Source of the DNA: an uncultured Acidobacteriota bacterium
GTDB lineage: Bacteria > Acidobacteriota > Terriglobia > Terriglobales > Acidobacteriaceae
Assembly: GCA_963756015.1 (NCBI GenBank)
Contig: CAVWMB010000006.1
Span: forward strand, 1,293,949 to 1,357,948
DNA length: 64,000 nt
Direction of reading: 5' to 3'
Both the position numbers and the translations under genes were made by a program. Shown piece after piece: positions 24,804 to 33,153 of the stretch. How positions within the stretch are numbered: the first letter of the stretch is position 1; each line of letters opens with the position of its first letter. The notes beneath the pieces were generated by a model. That model worked only from the letters and a program-made list of their open reading frames with translations, searched no databases and was not told where the DNA came from.

Positions 24804-26210
24804 TCAGTCGTAATACTCCAATCCCAAGTGCGTAATCAATTCCTCGCCCTTCAGATGCCGCAATGTGTTTTTTAACTTCATCATCTGAATGAACAGGTCA
24901 TGCTCAGGATAGAGCCCCGGTACCGTCATGGGAGACTTGAAGTAGAAGCTTAACCACTCCTGAATTCCCAGCCCGCGCAGTTCAGAGCATCGCTTCGCGA
25001 GATCCATCAACAGCACCAGGTCAAGCACAATGGGAGCAGCCAGAATGGAATCGCGGCACAGGAAATCAACCTTGATCTGCATCGGATAGCCCAGCCATCC
25101 AAAGATATCGATGTTATCCCATCCCTCTTTATTATCCCCGCGCGGCGGATAATAGTTGATTCGAACTTTGTGATAGATATCGCCGTAAAGTTCAGGATAA
25201 AGATCAGGCTGCAGGATATGCTCCAGCACCGAAAGTTTCGACTCTTCCTTGGTCTTGAACGATCCCGGATCATCCAGCACTTCGCCGTCGCGATTACCCA
25301 GGATGTTGGTGGAGAACCATCCGCTCAACCCCAGCATGCGGGCTTTGAAGCCGGGCGCAAGGATCGTCTTCATCAGGGTCTGCCCGGTTTTGAAATCCTT
25401 GCCGCAAACCGGCGCTTCGTTCTGCCGCGAGAGTTCAAGCATCACCGGCAGATCGACCGTCAGATTCGGCGCACCGTTGGCGAAGGGCACGCCTTCCATC
25501 AGTGACGCGTAGGCATAGATCATCGAGGGCGCAATCATCTCGTCGTTCTCGCGCAGCGCTTTCTCGAACGATTTCACCGATTGGTGCACCTCGCTGGCGG
25601 CAATATACGATTCCGTTGAACCGCACCACATGGTCACCAGCCGGCTCACTCCGCTGGTCCTCTTGAAGTCGCGGATATCGTCGCGCAGTTGCTCGGCCAA
25701 ATCCATCTTGGTTTTGCCCTTCTTGACGTTTGGCCCGTCGATTTTTTTTACGTAGTTGTGGTCAAAAACCGCGGCTCGCGGCGTCACCGAAGAAAGAAAC
25801 GGCTTCAACTGATCGAGCAGCTTTTGCTCGAGCACACCCGCTTTCGAAGCAGCTTCGTACATGTTGTCCTGGAAAATGTCCCAGCCGGTAAAGACCAGAT
25901 CGTCGAGCCCGGCCAGTGGCACAAATTCCTTGATCTTCGGCGAACGCCCGTCTGTGCGCTTGCCCAGCCGCACCGTGCCCATCTGGGTAAGCGACCCGAT
26001 CGGCTTCGCCAGGCCCTTGCGAATCGCTTCCACGCCCGCCACAAAGGTTGTCGCGACTGCGCCCATGCCCGGGATCATCACTCCGAGCTTGCCCTTCGCG
26101 GGCAGAATCGCGGCGCTGCGTTTGGAGTCGCTGTGAGTTTTGTTTTCTGATTTCATTTCAATCCGAGATGTTTTCACCGTGCTCTTTGCAGTTTTATTCC
26201 GTGTCGCCAT
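24804..26210 (-). CDS. ino1: myo-inositol-1-phosphate synthase
   Basis: 468 aa. N-terminal NAD-binding segment LGVMIPGMGAVATTFVAGVEAIRKG. Later MIPS-type segments are FANGAPN and LCGKDFKTGQTLMKT-like (VCGKDFKTGQTLMKT). A GAGGAAG Shine-Dalgarno precedes the ATG at 26210. Confidence 0.9.
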   Translation of the reverse strand: MATRNKTAKSTVKTSRIEMKSENKTHSDSKRSAAILPAKGKLGVMIPGMGAVATTFVAGVEAIRKGLAKPIGSLTQMGTVRLGKRTDGRSPKIKEFVPLAGLDDLVFTGWDIFQDNMYEAASKAGVLEQKLLDQLKPFLSSVTPRAAVFDHNYVKKIDGPNVKKGKTKMDLAEQLRDDIRDFKRTSGVSRLVTMWCGSTESYIAASEVHQSVKSFEKALRENDEMIAPSMIYAYASLMEGVPFANGAPNLTVDLPVMLELSRQNEAPVCGKDFKTGQTLMKTILAPGFKARMLGLSGWFSTNILGNRDGEVLDDPGSFKTKEESKLSVLEHILQPDLYPELYGDIYHKVRINYYPPRGDNKEGWDNIDIFGWLGYPMQIKVDFLCRDSILAAPIVLDLVLLMDLAKRCSELRGLGIQEWLSFYFKSPMTVPGLYPEHDLFIQMMKLKNTLRHLKGEELITHLGLEYYD

Positions 26211-26597
26211 ATTCGGCCGCTTCCTCAGTAAGAATCTTGGGGATGTGCAAACCCCATATGCTCTCGCACCGAGCGGCGGTTTTGCAAATGAGAGCGGCCA
26301 AACGCGCAGAAAATCAATTCAATGGCGTGACGCATCATCAAGCGGGAGAGCAGTTACGCGCCAAGCAGATAAGACCGATACATTTTTTGCGTTGGACGCC
26401 GAATCCCGTATCCCTCATAGTGAAGTCACTTCGCTACCAGCTCCGCAGCTGGCCCCGCGAAGCTGATGTTGCAGGCCTGCCGTGAAGTTGGCTTTGCAAT
26501 TCTCCTGACCTCGTTGTTCTCCACTCAAATCTGAACTCATCACTCGGCAAAAGCGCCGGGTGCGCGGGTTCAGACATGTCAGAAAACAGGAGATGCT

Positions 26598-27026
26598 ATG
26601 AAATCGATTCGACAGTTCGTTTACGCCACGCTTCTAACCCTAAGCGTTTTCAACTTTGCGCCCAGCCTGGCTTCAGCGCAGGATGCAGCCGGAACTTTTA
26701 CCTTCGCCCACGATGTCCATTGGCAGAATGCCATCGTGCCGCCGGGAAAGTACCGGTTCACGGTCGCAGGCAGCGGTCCTTCGGAACTGCTGGTATTGCG
26801 AAACACTAGCGGAAGTGGGACAAGCTTCAGGCTGGTGGTGAACGATGTCGCTGAGTCCCAACCTGCGGACCTCAGCCAGATCATCGTGGTTTCGCGCACT
26901 GGTGGAAGGTTCGTGAGCACGATGAAGCTTCCCGATCTAGGGCTCACGTTGCACTTTGCTGTGCCCGCGGAAACTCGCGAAGTGGCGCAAACGGTCGCAA
27001 CCTCGACCGGATCCGCAGTGCGATAA
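26598..27026 (+). CDS. small secreted hypothetical protein
   Basis: Signal peptide MKSIRQFVYATLLTLSVFNFAPSLASAQ and an AGGAG Shine-Dalgarno upstream. A strong terminator follows. Confidence 0.55.
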   Translation: MKSIRQFVYATLLTLSVFNFAPSLASAQDAAGTFTFAHDVHWQNAIVPPGKYRFTVAGSGPSELLVLRNTSGSGTSFRLVVNDVAESQPADLSQIIVVSRTGGRFVSTMKLPDLGLTLHFAVPAETREVAQTVATSTGSAVR

Positions 27027-27041
27027 TTCTGCGCTACAAAA

Positions 27042-27080
27042 CCGGGAGCAGATAACCCCAGTCTGCTCCCGGCCTTTTTT
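27042..27080 (+). terminator. rho-independent terminator (potentially bidirectional)
   Basis: 10-bp stem ccgggagcag/ctgctcccgg (27042-27051 / 27063-27072) followed by tttttt (27075-27080). On the opposite strand the same hairpin is followed by ttttgtag. Confidence 0.65.
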
Positions 27081-27172
27081 GCGATGAGGATTGATTGTTT
27101 GCCCGGCAGTCTCCACCGGCAATCCGGCGAGGCTCGCGAGACTCCAATCCCTTCAACTGTGGAGGCACCTGC

Positions 27173-27940
27173 TCAGGAGGGTTTGGGCTCAGGCAGACCT
27201 CCTTTCACTTCGTCACTCAGCACAACCGCTTCGGCAATTTCTTTCATTGCCTTCCGTTTCTGACGGCTCTGGCGCTGCAAGGTAAGGTAAGCCTGTTCCT
27301 CGCTCAATCCCAAATCGCGCTGGAGGATGCCTTTGGCGCGCTCTACGATCTTGCGGGTTTGCAATTGCTCGGCAAGATTAAAGTTCGCATCTTCCAGCCG
27401 CGCCATCTCGATTTCGGCACCCACCAGAAAACCAATCGTCGAAATCAGCCGGATTTCGCGGCGGCGATAAACGTGATGCTGGCGGTGCTGAAGGTTGATC
27501 ACACCAACGACACGGCTGCGGCACATTAACGGCACCGACAAAAATGCCTCGTAGCTGTCCTCCGGTAGTTCGTGGAAAAACTGAAAGCGCGGATCGAGCG
27601 CTGCCTTCTCGGCGATGGCCACTGGCTCCTGGTTTTCCGCAACCCATCCCGTAATCCCCTGCCCTACGCGCAGTTTCAGGTGATTGACAATCTCGGGATG
27701 GGAATTCCTAGAGGCCCGGAGTACCAACTCATCGCCCTCCAGAACATAAATCAAACAGGAGTCGCACTTCACCAGAGCGGAGGCAAATTCGACGACACGC
27801 ACCAACACTTCGTGGAAAGCTCCGGCGGTTGCCAGCCGGTTTCCAATCTCGTGCAGCAAATCAACGTGTGATTCTTCAACTGATATGAGCGGGTCCATGA
27901 TCAACAATATGGGCCGTGCCTGAGCGTTGTCTAACGCCAA
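27173..27940 (-). CDS. GAF + ANTAR domain RNA-binding antitermination-type regulator
   Basis: N-terminal GAF-like region CDSCLIYVLEGDELVLRAS ... GITGWVAENQEPV. C-terminal ANTAR region LQTRKIVERAKGILQRDLGLSEEQAYLTLQRQSRQKRKAMKEIAEAVV. The start is either the TTG at 27940 or the ATG at 27898. Confidence 0.8.
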   Translation of the reverse strand: MALDNAQARPILLIMDPLISVEESHVDLLHEIGNRLATAGAFHEVLVRVVEFASALVKCDSCLIYVLEGDELVLRASRNSHPEIVNHLKLRVGQGITGWVAENQEPVAIAEKAALDPRFQFFHELPEDSYEAFLSVPLMCRSRVVGVINLQHRQHHVYRRREIRLISTIGFLVGAEIEMARLEDANFNLAEQLQTRKIVERAKGILQRDLGLSEEQAYLTLQRQSRQKRKAMKEIAEAVVLSDEVKGGLPEPKPS

Positions 27941-28077
27941 ATTTCAATCGTTGCCATTGAGGATTTGCGGCACGATTGTTACCGAGCTTTAACATCTTTT
28001 GGCCGGGCGCGGCATCGGTAGCGTTGATCCAGTCAACCCGGCTCTTGTTTGCGTGCCCAGCGAGGTCTTATAAAAAG

Positions 28078-28533
28078 TTACTTTGCGTCGAGATCCACTG
28101 TCTTAATCGGCAAATCCCAGTGCGCGTCGAGAATTTCGAATCGCCGCTGCTCTTCGCGCTGGAAAGTTTCCTGGTCGGGATACATCTGTTTCTGCAGTGC
28201 CGCATCGTCGAAGGCTTCGTTGGCTACGGTCGCATTCTTGAAGACGATGGTCACGCGGAAATCCCAGCGACCGTCTTCCGTGGTGTGATAGCGCGGCTGA
28301 TCCATCCAAACCTTCGCGATTCTGCCTATTTCCATCTCCTTCTTCAATACGGGATAGTGATTCTTTTTGAACAGCTTCAGGAACTCATCCGCGTGACCCC
28401 ACTTGGTTTTTTAGTAATACTCAATTACAAAAGGCTTGTCGGAATTTGTGGAAATGGACTGAGAATTCGAAAAGCTGGGTAGGGCTACGGTGAGAAAAAG
28501 CAGGGACGCGAGAGCGCGGGAAGTTCGAATCAC
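28078..28533 (-). pseudogene. secreted hypothetical protein gene interrupted by an in-frame TAA
   Basis: A GTG start at 28533 is preceded by an AGGAGG Shine-Dalgarno, and the signal peptide is IRTSRALASLLFLTVALPSFSNSQ. The frame reads ...KPFVIEYY-TAA(28408-28410)-KTKWGHADEFLKLFKKNHYPVLKKEMEIGRI... and stays open in the same frame down to 28078. Confidence 0.6.
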
Positions 28534-28603
28534 GAAGTCCTCCTGGTGAACGACAGCTTGTACACTAACAGGAGCGCGAAGGAAAAACCTCGATGGAGGA
28601 CAG

Positions 28604-28983
28604 ATGGCAGGGCAAAGCGATGAACGTGAGATCCTGAAGCTCTTCGAAGACGGGGATCGCGCCCTCATTGCCGCCGACATCAAAGAGCTCTCGCGCATTT
28701 TTGCAGACAGCTATTTGCAGTGCGATGAATCCGGCAAGGCTTCTACTAAACGGGACGTGATTGAAATCTGAGAAACGGCAGGATTCGTTATATCTCAATG
28801 ATTTCAACCGGCCGGAAGATCCGTCTGCTGCGGGATGACATCGCCATCGTGCATAGCTCGGAGAAAGATGAAGTCGAGCAAGACGAACGCCGCTCCAGTT
28901 TTCATTATGTGTATATGGATGTGGTCGTCAAATGCAACGGTCTATGGCAGATCGTCGGGTCGCAGTTGGCGAAACAAATCTGA
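28604..28983 (+). pseudogene. DUF4440/SnoaL-like protein gene with a 1-nt frameshift
   Basis: The N-terminal half is in one frame (ATG 28604 ... KRDVIEI-TGA at 28769-28771). The C-terminal half is in another frame, open from 28765 (NLRNGRIRYISMISTGRKIRLLRDDIAIVHS...NGLWQIVGSQL). Joined, they match the DUF4440 pattern. The shift lies in the A-run at 28764-28766. Confidence 0.65.
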
Positions 28984-29007
28984 CACGAGCGATATAGACC
29001 TCGCTTA

Positions 29008-29649
29008 CTAACGGCTGATCGCAGACGATCGAGCGCCGACTCTATTTTGCCAATGGCTCCAAACGAACCAAGCCGCCCCGGCGACTAACGCCACTCCAAT
29101 CACGGCGTCGAACTTGTGAAAGTACTTTCCCAGTTCGCGCCAGTTCTGCCCCAGCTTCATACCAAAATACGCCAGCGCGAGGCACCATGGCCACGATCCC
29201 AAAAACGTGTAGAGATGAAAACGTCCGCGCGGCATGCGTGCCACTCCTGCCGGCAAGGCGATGAAGGTACGAATCATGGGCAGCAAACGCCCGAAGAATA
29301 CTGCCAGATATCCCCAACGCAGAAAGAAACGATCCGCCCAGTCGAGTTCCCGGCGGCCCATCAGAATCCAGCGCCCGTACCGTTCCACCAGCGGACGCCC
29401 GCCGTAACATCCAATTTCATAGGCAACCAGCGATCCGAGGTTGCAACCAATCGCGCCTAGCGTGGCCACCCAAAGCAGTTTGAAGGTGCCAGTGAAGACC
29501 AGATATCCGGCGAATGGCATGATCAGTTCAGAAGGCAGCGGGATGCACGCCGATTCAATGGCCATCAGCAGCATGACACCGGCGTACCCGGTTTTGCCGA
29601 TCACGGAATTAATGAACACGAAGATTAGGGTTAGAAGTTTTTCGGTCAT
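29008..29649 (-). CDS. DedA family inner-membrane protein
   Basis: GYAGVMLLMAIESACIPLPSELIMPFAGYLV, later FGRLLPMIRTFIALPAGVARM, and multiple TM spans. I chose the start at MTEKLL (29649). Confidence 0.85.
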   Translation of the reverse strand: MTEKLLTLIFVFINSVIGKTGYAGVMLLMAIESACIPLPSELIMPFAGYLVFTGTFKLLWVATLGAIGCNLGSLVAYEIGCYGGRPLVERYGRWILMGRRELDWADRFFLRWGYLAVFFGRLLPMIRTFIALPAGVARMPRGRFHLYTFLGSWPWCLALAYFGMKLGQNWRELGKYFHKFDAVIGVALVAGAAWFVWSHWQNRVGARSSAISR

Positions 29650-29790
29650 GAAGGCAGTTTTTCGGTTCTCGGTTCCAGTGCGCTTCGATAAGGCTGAAGC
29701 CGACAGCACTAAATTGCAGAGTAGTTAGTCTATCGGAAAAGTAGCGAAGCGACCGGCGTGGAGCGCGACGAACTGCTGCGCTTAGAGATT

Positions 29791-29845
29791 CATCTTAGAC
29801 CGGTCCATCTTAAGAATGGCTCATCTTAGAATGACCCATCCTGAG
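29791..29845. repeat. three to four direct copies of CATCTTAGA at 15-16-bp spacing
   Basis: Copies are catcttaga (29791-29799), catcttaaga (29806-29815), catcttaga (29822-29830) and a degenerate catcctgag (29837-29845). They span the 3-prime end of the small ORF and the region upstream of the DedA gene. Confidence 0.6.
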
Positions 29846-30050
29846 TAAAGGTGTAGCCAGGCAACGATGCGCCTTGTGGGCCCTTGATGACCTTGATCCG
29901 TACGGTCGGGGCATCGGGAGCGGTAATGCCGGCCGGGCGCAACATGGCATACTGCGTGAATACTTCGCTGTACACCTTGGTGACCAAGTAATCCTGGCCA
30001 TCGGCGTCGTTGCGCCACACCTGCCCGAGCTGGATGGAATTTACAGCCAC
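29826..30050 (-). CDS. small hypothetical protein (74 aa)
   Basis: An ATG-initiated ORF with non-repetitive, globular-looking composition (MAVNSIQLGQVWRNDADGQDYLVTKVYSEV...). I recognise no motif. Confidence 0.4.
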   Translation of the reverse strand: MAVNSIQLGQVWRNDADGQDYLVTKVYSEVFTQYAMLRPAGITAPDAPTVRIKVIKGPQGASLPGYTFTQDGSF

Positions 30051-30203
30051 AATGCTTACCTTTAGTTTGAAGTGATTCCAGACTACCGGGCAGCATGGTT
30101 CGAGTCAATTCCCCGAGTGGTTACTGTTGGACGATGCGGGCTGACCGCGCCAGTGTTGGCGGGGCTCTGTTACCATGTTGCCCATGAAAGAGAAATCTGC
30201 GTC

Positions 30204-31079
30204 ATGTCCCGCGGTGTAACTCCGCGCCAAGCCGCTCGTACCGGCCGCCAGGACCGCGTGGCACCGGCGACGAAAGGAAAAATCTTGCCTCCCAAAGCAA
30301 CGGCTAAGCGTAAGCGTCCAACCGGCGGAAAAATCGCAGGCGCCAAAATCCCCAGCGGAAAGGTCGCTGCCGGAAATTCGAAAGGGAAAAACCAAAGCCC
30401 CTACAATCCTCTGGCTCCAGAACGCGTCGCGGAGATACTGAAGCGTCTGGACCAGATGTATCCCGATGTCACCTGCGCTCTCACGCACACCAGCGCTTGG
30501 GAACTGCTGGTGGCAACGATCCTTTCGGCGCAATCAACCGACGTCAACGTTAATCGAGTTACTCCAGAATTATTCCGCAAATATCCCACCGTGCAAGCCT
30601 TCGCTGCGCTGACTCCTGAGCAGATCGAGCCTGACGTCCGCTCTACCGGTTTTTTCAGGAACAAATCAAAATCTGTGGTCGGTGCAGCGAAAAGGATTGT
30701 GGCTGAGTTTGGCGGCGAGGTGCCGCTCGAAATGGCCGATCTTTTGACGTTGCCCGGAGTGGCCCGCAAAACCGCCAATGTGGTTCTGGGGACCTGGTTC
30801 AAAAAAGCCGAAGGCGTGGTCGTCGACACCCACGTTCATCGCATCTCGCGGCGCCTCGAACTGACCAGCAACACCGACCCGCAAAAAATTGAGCAAGACC
30901 TGATGCGCATCATCCCGCGCGAAAAATGGATTCTCTTCGCTCATCAGCTCATCTGGCACGGACGCCGGCTCTGCATCGCTCGCAAACCGAAGTGTGTGGA
31001 CTGCCTACTGGAAAATATTTGCCACGCTGCCGACAAAACCTGGACTACCGTCGCGATGCATAAAAACGCGAAGGCGTGA
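30204..31079 (+). CDS. nth: endonuclease III with Lys-rich N-terminal extension
   Basis: HhH-GPD core ELLVATILSAQSTDVNVNRVTPELF and LPGVARKTANVVLG. C-terminal 4Fe-4S Cys ladder CIARKPKCVDCLLENICH. I chose the ATG at 30204. Confidence 0.9.
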   Translation: MSRGVTPRQAARTGRQDRVAPATKGKILPPKATAKRKRPTGGKIAGAKIPSGKVAAGNSKGKNQSPYNPLAPERVAEILKRLDQMYPDVTCALTHTSAWELLVATILSAQSTDVNVNRVTPELFRKYPTVQAFAALTPEQIEPDVRSTGFFRNKSKSVVGAAKRIVAEFGGEVPLEMADLLTLPGVARKTANVVLGTWFKKAEGVVVDTHVHRISRRLELTSNTDPQKIEQDLMRIIPREKWILFAHQLIWHGRRLCIARKPKCVDCLLENICHAADKTWTTVAMHKNAKA

Positions 31080-31161
31080 CCGTTTTTGTTACTCGTTTCT
31101 CATGGGTATGCGGCCATACTCTGCTAAACTTTCTGTTCGCCTTTTACTCCGAGCCACTCTA

Positions 31162-33153
31162 ATGCGGACTTTTCTGCGGTTTGCTATCGTCATATTCATG
31201 AGTACCTTCTTCACGGATACGGTCGCGCCGGCGCAGACTCTCGCGGCGCCGGAAGCCATCACCAATCCGAAACTGATCGCTTCGAAGCCCAACGCCCAGG
31301 TCGAACCGCGCAGCCTCACGATTGAAAAGCTTTACATGACCCGCCAGGTCGGCCGCTCCACGTGGTCGCCAGACGGAAAAAGCATTGCTTTTATTTCGAA
31401 TATGAGCGGGCGCAATAATCTGTGGCTCGTGCCCGCTGAAGGTGGATGGCCGGTGCAACTCACGGTCAGCGACCAGCGCCAGACCGCCCCCGCGTGGTCG
31501 CCCGATGGAAAGTGGATCGCCTATCAGTCCGATTACGACGGCGACGAACTTTGGGATATTTTCCTGGTCTCGCCCAAAACCGGCAAGGTCGTCAACCTCA
31601 CCAGCACGCGCGAGATTGCTGAGACCGATCCCACCTGGTCGCCCGACGGCCGCTATCTGGCTTATCTGGTTAAGCCCAAAACTTCAGCCGCCCATGAGAT
31701 CGATATCTACGACACGGTAATGCGAGAGGTGAAGCACCTCACCACCGGCACGCCGCAGAATCAGGGAAACTACAACCCTGTCTGGTCGAAAGATGGCAAG
31801 TACATCGTGTATACGCAATCACAAGCCAAGGGAACGGATTCGAACATCTTCATCGCGGAAGTGGCGACGCAAAAAAGCACTTTGCTCACGCCGCATGAAG
31901 GCGAGCAGCGCTTCGAGGCCAACGACATCTCTCCCGACGGCAAACAAATACTGCTGACCTCCAATGCAGCCAATGGCTACGAAAATATAGGCCTGCTGGA
32001 TCTATCGACAAGAGCCATTTCATCGCTAACCAAGGACAAATGGGAAATTCGCGCCGGAGAGTTCTCCCCTGACGGCAAGCACATCACCTTCAGCGCCAAT
32101 GTTGATGGGAATGAAGACATTTATCTGCAAGATCTCGCCACTGGAAGATCGAATGCATTGCTCATCCCGAAAGGTGTGAATACGCCTGCTGGTGATCATT
32201 CTGCCTTCACCAAAGACGGCACGCGCCTGCTCTACTATCACAACGGCCCCACCGCTCCCGGAGATCTTTGGGTGTACCTTCTCGCGGCCGGCAAGTCGCA
32301 CCAGGTCACGCATTCGCTGGTCGCCGGAGTGCGCTCGGAAGACATGGTCGAGCCCTATCTCGTGCACTATCCCAGCCGCGACGGCAAGTGGACCATCTCC
32401 GCATTTCTCTATGTGCCCTTCAACATGGCGCGCAACGGGCAGAATGCCGCCATCGTTTACATCCATGGAGGCCCGACTTCACAAACCATGAATTCGTTCA
32501 ACCGCTTCGTGCAGTATGCCGCCAATCAGGGTTACATGGTGCTCGCCCCCAACTACCGCGGCTCAACCGGTTATGGCAAAGAATTTCAGCAGGCAAATTT
32601 ATTCGATATGGGCGGCGGCGACTTGCAGGATGTTCTCGCCGGAGTCGACTGGATTAAGCAGACGGGCCATCTGGACCCGAAAAAGATTGCGGTGATGGGC
32701 GGAAGCTACGGCGGATATCTCAGCATGATGTCGGTAACCAAGGCGCCCGATGTCTGGGCCGCGGGCGTGCCCATCGTTCCCTTCGTGAACTGGTTTACGG
32801 AGATCGAAAATGAAGACCCGGTGCTGCAACAGTCCGATCTGGCGACCATGGGTGATGTGGTGAAGAACAAAGCGCTCTACGAAGACCGCTCGCCCATCAA
32901 CTTCATTGATCAGATTAAAGCGCCGTTGCTTTTGCTCGCCGGAGGACACGACCCGCGCTGTCCGAAATCGGAAACCCAGCAGGTGGTCGAGGCTATCAAG
33001 AAGCGCGGCGGCACGGTTGATTACAAGATTTATGAAAACGAAGGCCACGGCTTCGCGCGGGTCGAAAATCAGATTGATGCCTACCAGCGCGTAGCCGACT
33101 TTTTGCTGGCGCACGTTGTGCCGGCCGATTGCAGTTGCTCGCTCACGGAGTAG
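31162..33153 (+). CDS. S9 family serine peptidase with TolB-like beta-propeller
   Basis: Seven WSPDGK-type blades are visible (WSPDGKSIAF, WSPDGKWIAY, WSPDGRYLAY, WSKDGKYIVY, ISPDGKQILL, FSPDGKHITF, FTKDGTRLLY). The nucleophile elbow is GGSYGGYL, followed by a later GGHDPRCP ... EGHGF. The signal-like start is MRTFLRFAIVIFMSTFF. Confidence 0.9.
   Translation: MRTFLRFAIVIFMSTFFTDTVAPAQTLAAPEAITNPKLIASKPNAQVEPRSLTIEKLYMTRQVGRSTWSPDGKSIAFISNMSGRNNLWLVPAEGGWPVQLTVSDQRQTAPAWSPDGKWIAYQSDYDGDELWDIFLVSPKTGKVVNLTSTREIAETDPTWSPDGRYLAYLVKPKTSAAHEIDIYDTVMREVKHLTTGTPQNQGNYNPVWSKDGKYIVYTQSQAKGTDSNIFIAEVATQKSTLLTPHEGEQRFEANDISPDGKQILLTSNAANGYENIGLLDLSTRAISSLTKDKWEIRAGEFSPDGKHITFSANVDGNEDIYLQDLATGRSNALLIPKGVNTPAGDHSAFTKDGTRLLYYHNGPTAPGDLWVYLLAAGKSHQVTHSLVAGVRSEDMVEPYLVHYPSRDGKWTISAFLYVPFNMARNGQNAAIVYIHGGPTSQTMNSFNRFVQYAANQGYMVLAPNYRGSTGYGKEFQQANLFDMGGGDLQDVLAGVDWIKQTGHLDPKKIAVMGGSYGGYLSMMSVTKAPDVWAAGVPIVPFVNWFTEIENEDPVLQQSDLATMGDVVKNKALYEDRSPINFIDQIKAPLLLLAGGHDPRCPKSETQQVVEAIKKRGGTVDYKIYENEGHGFARVENQIDAYQRVADFLLAHVVPADCSCSLTE

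Noticed and set aside
24158-24835. Track ORFs 24158-24607 (minus, 149 aa) and 24482-24835 (plus, 117 aa) as real genes.
   Set aside because: They overlap each other on opposite strands and lack Shine-Dalgarno sequences and full-length domain signatures. The plus-strand ORF also runs into the ino1 coding region. I reported the interval as a finding (possible remnant) rather than as CDS features.
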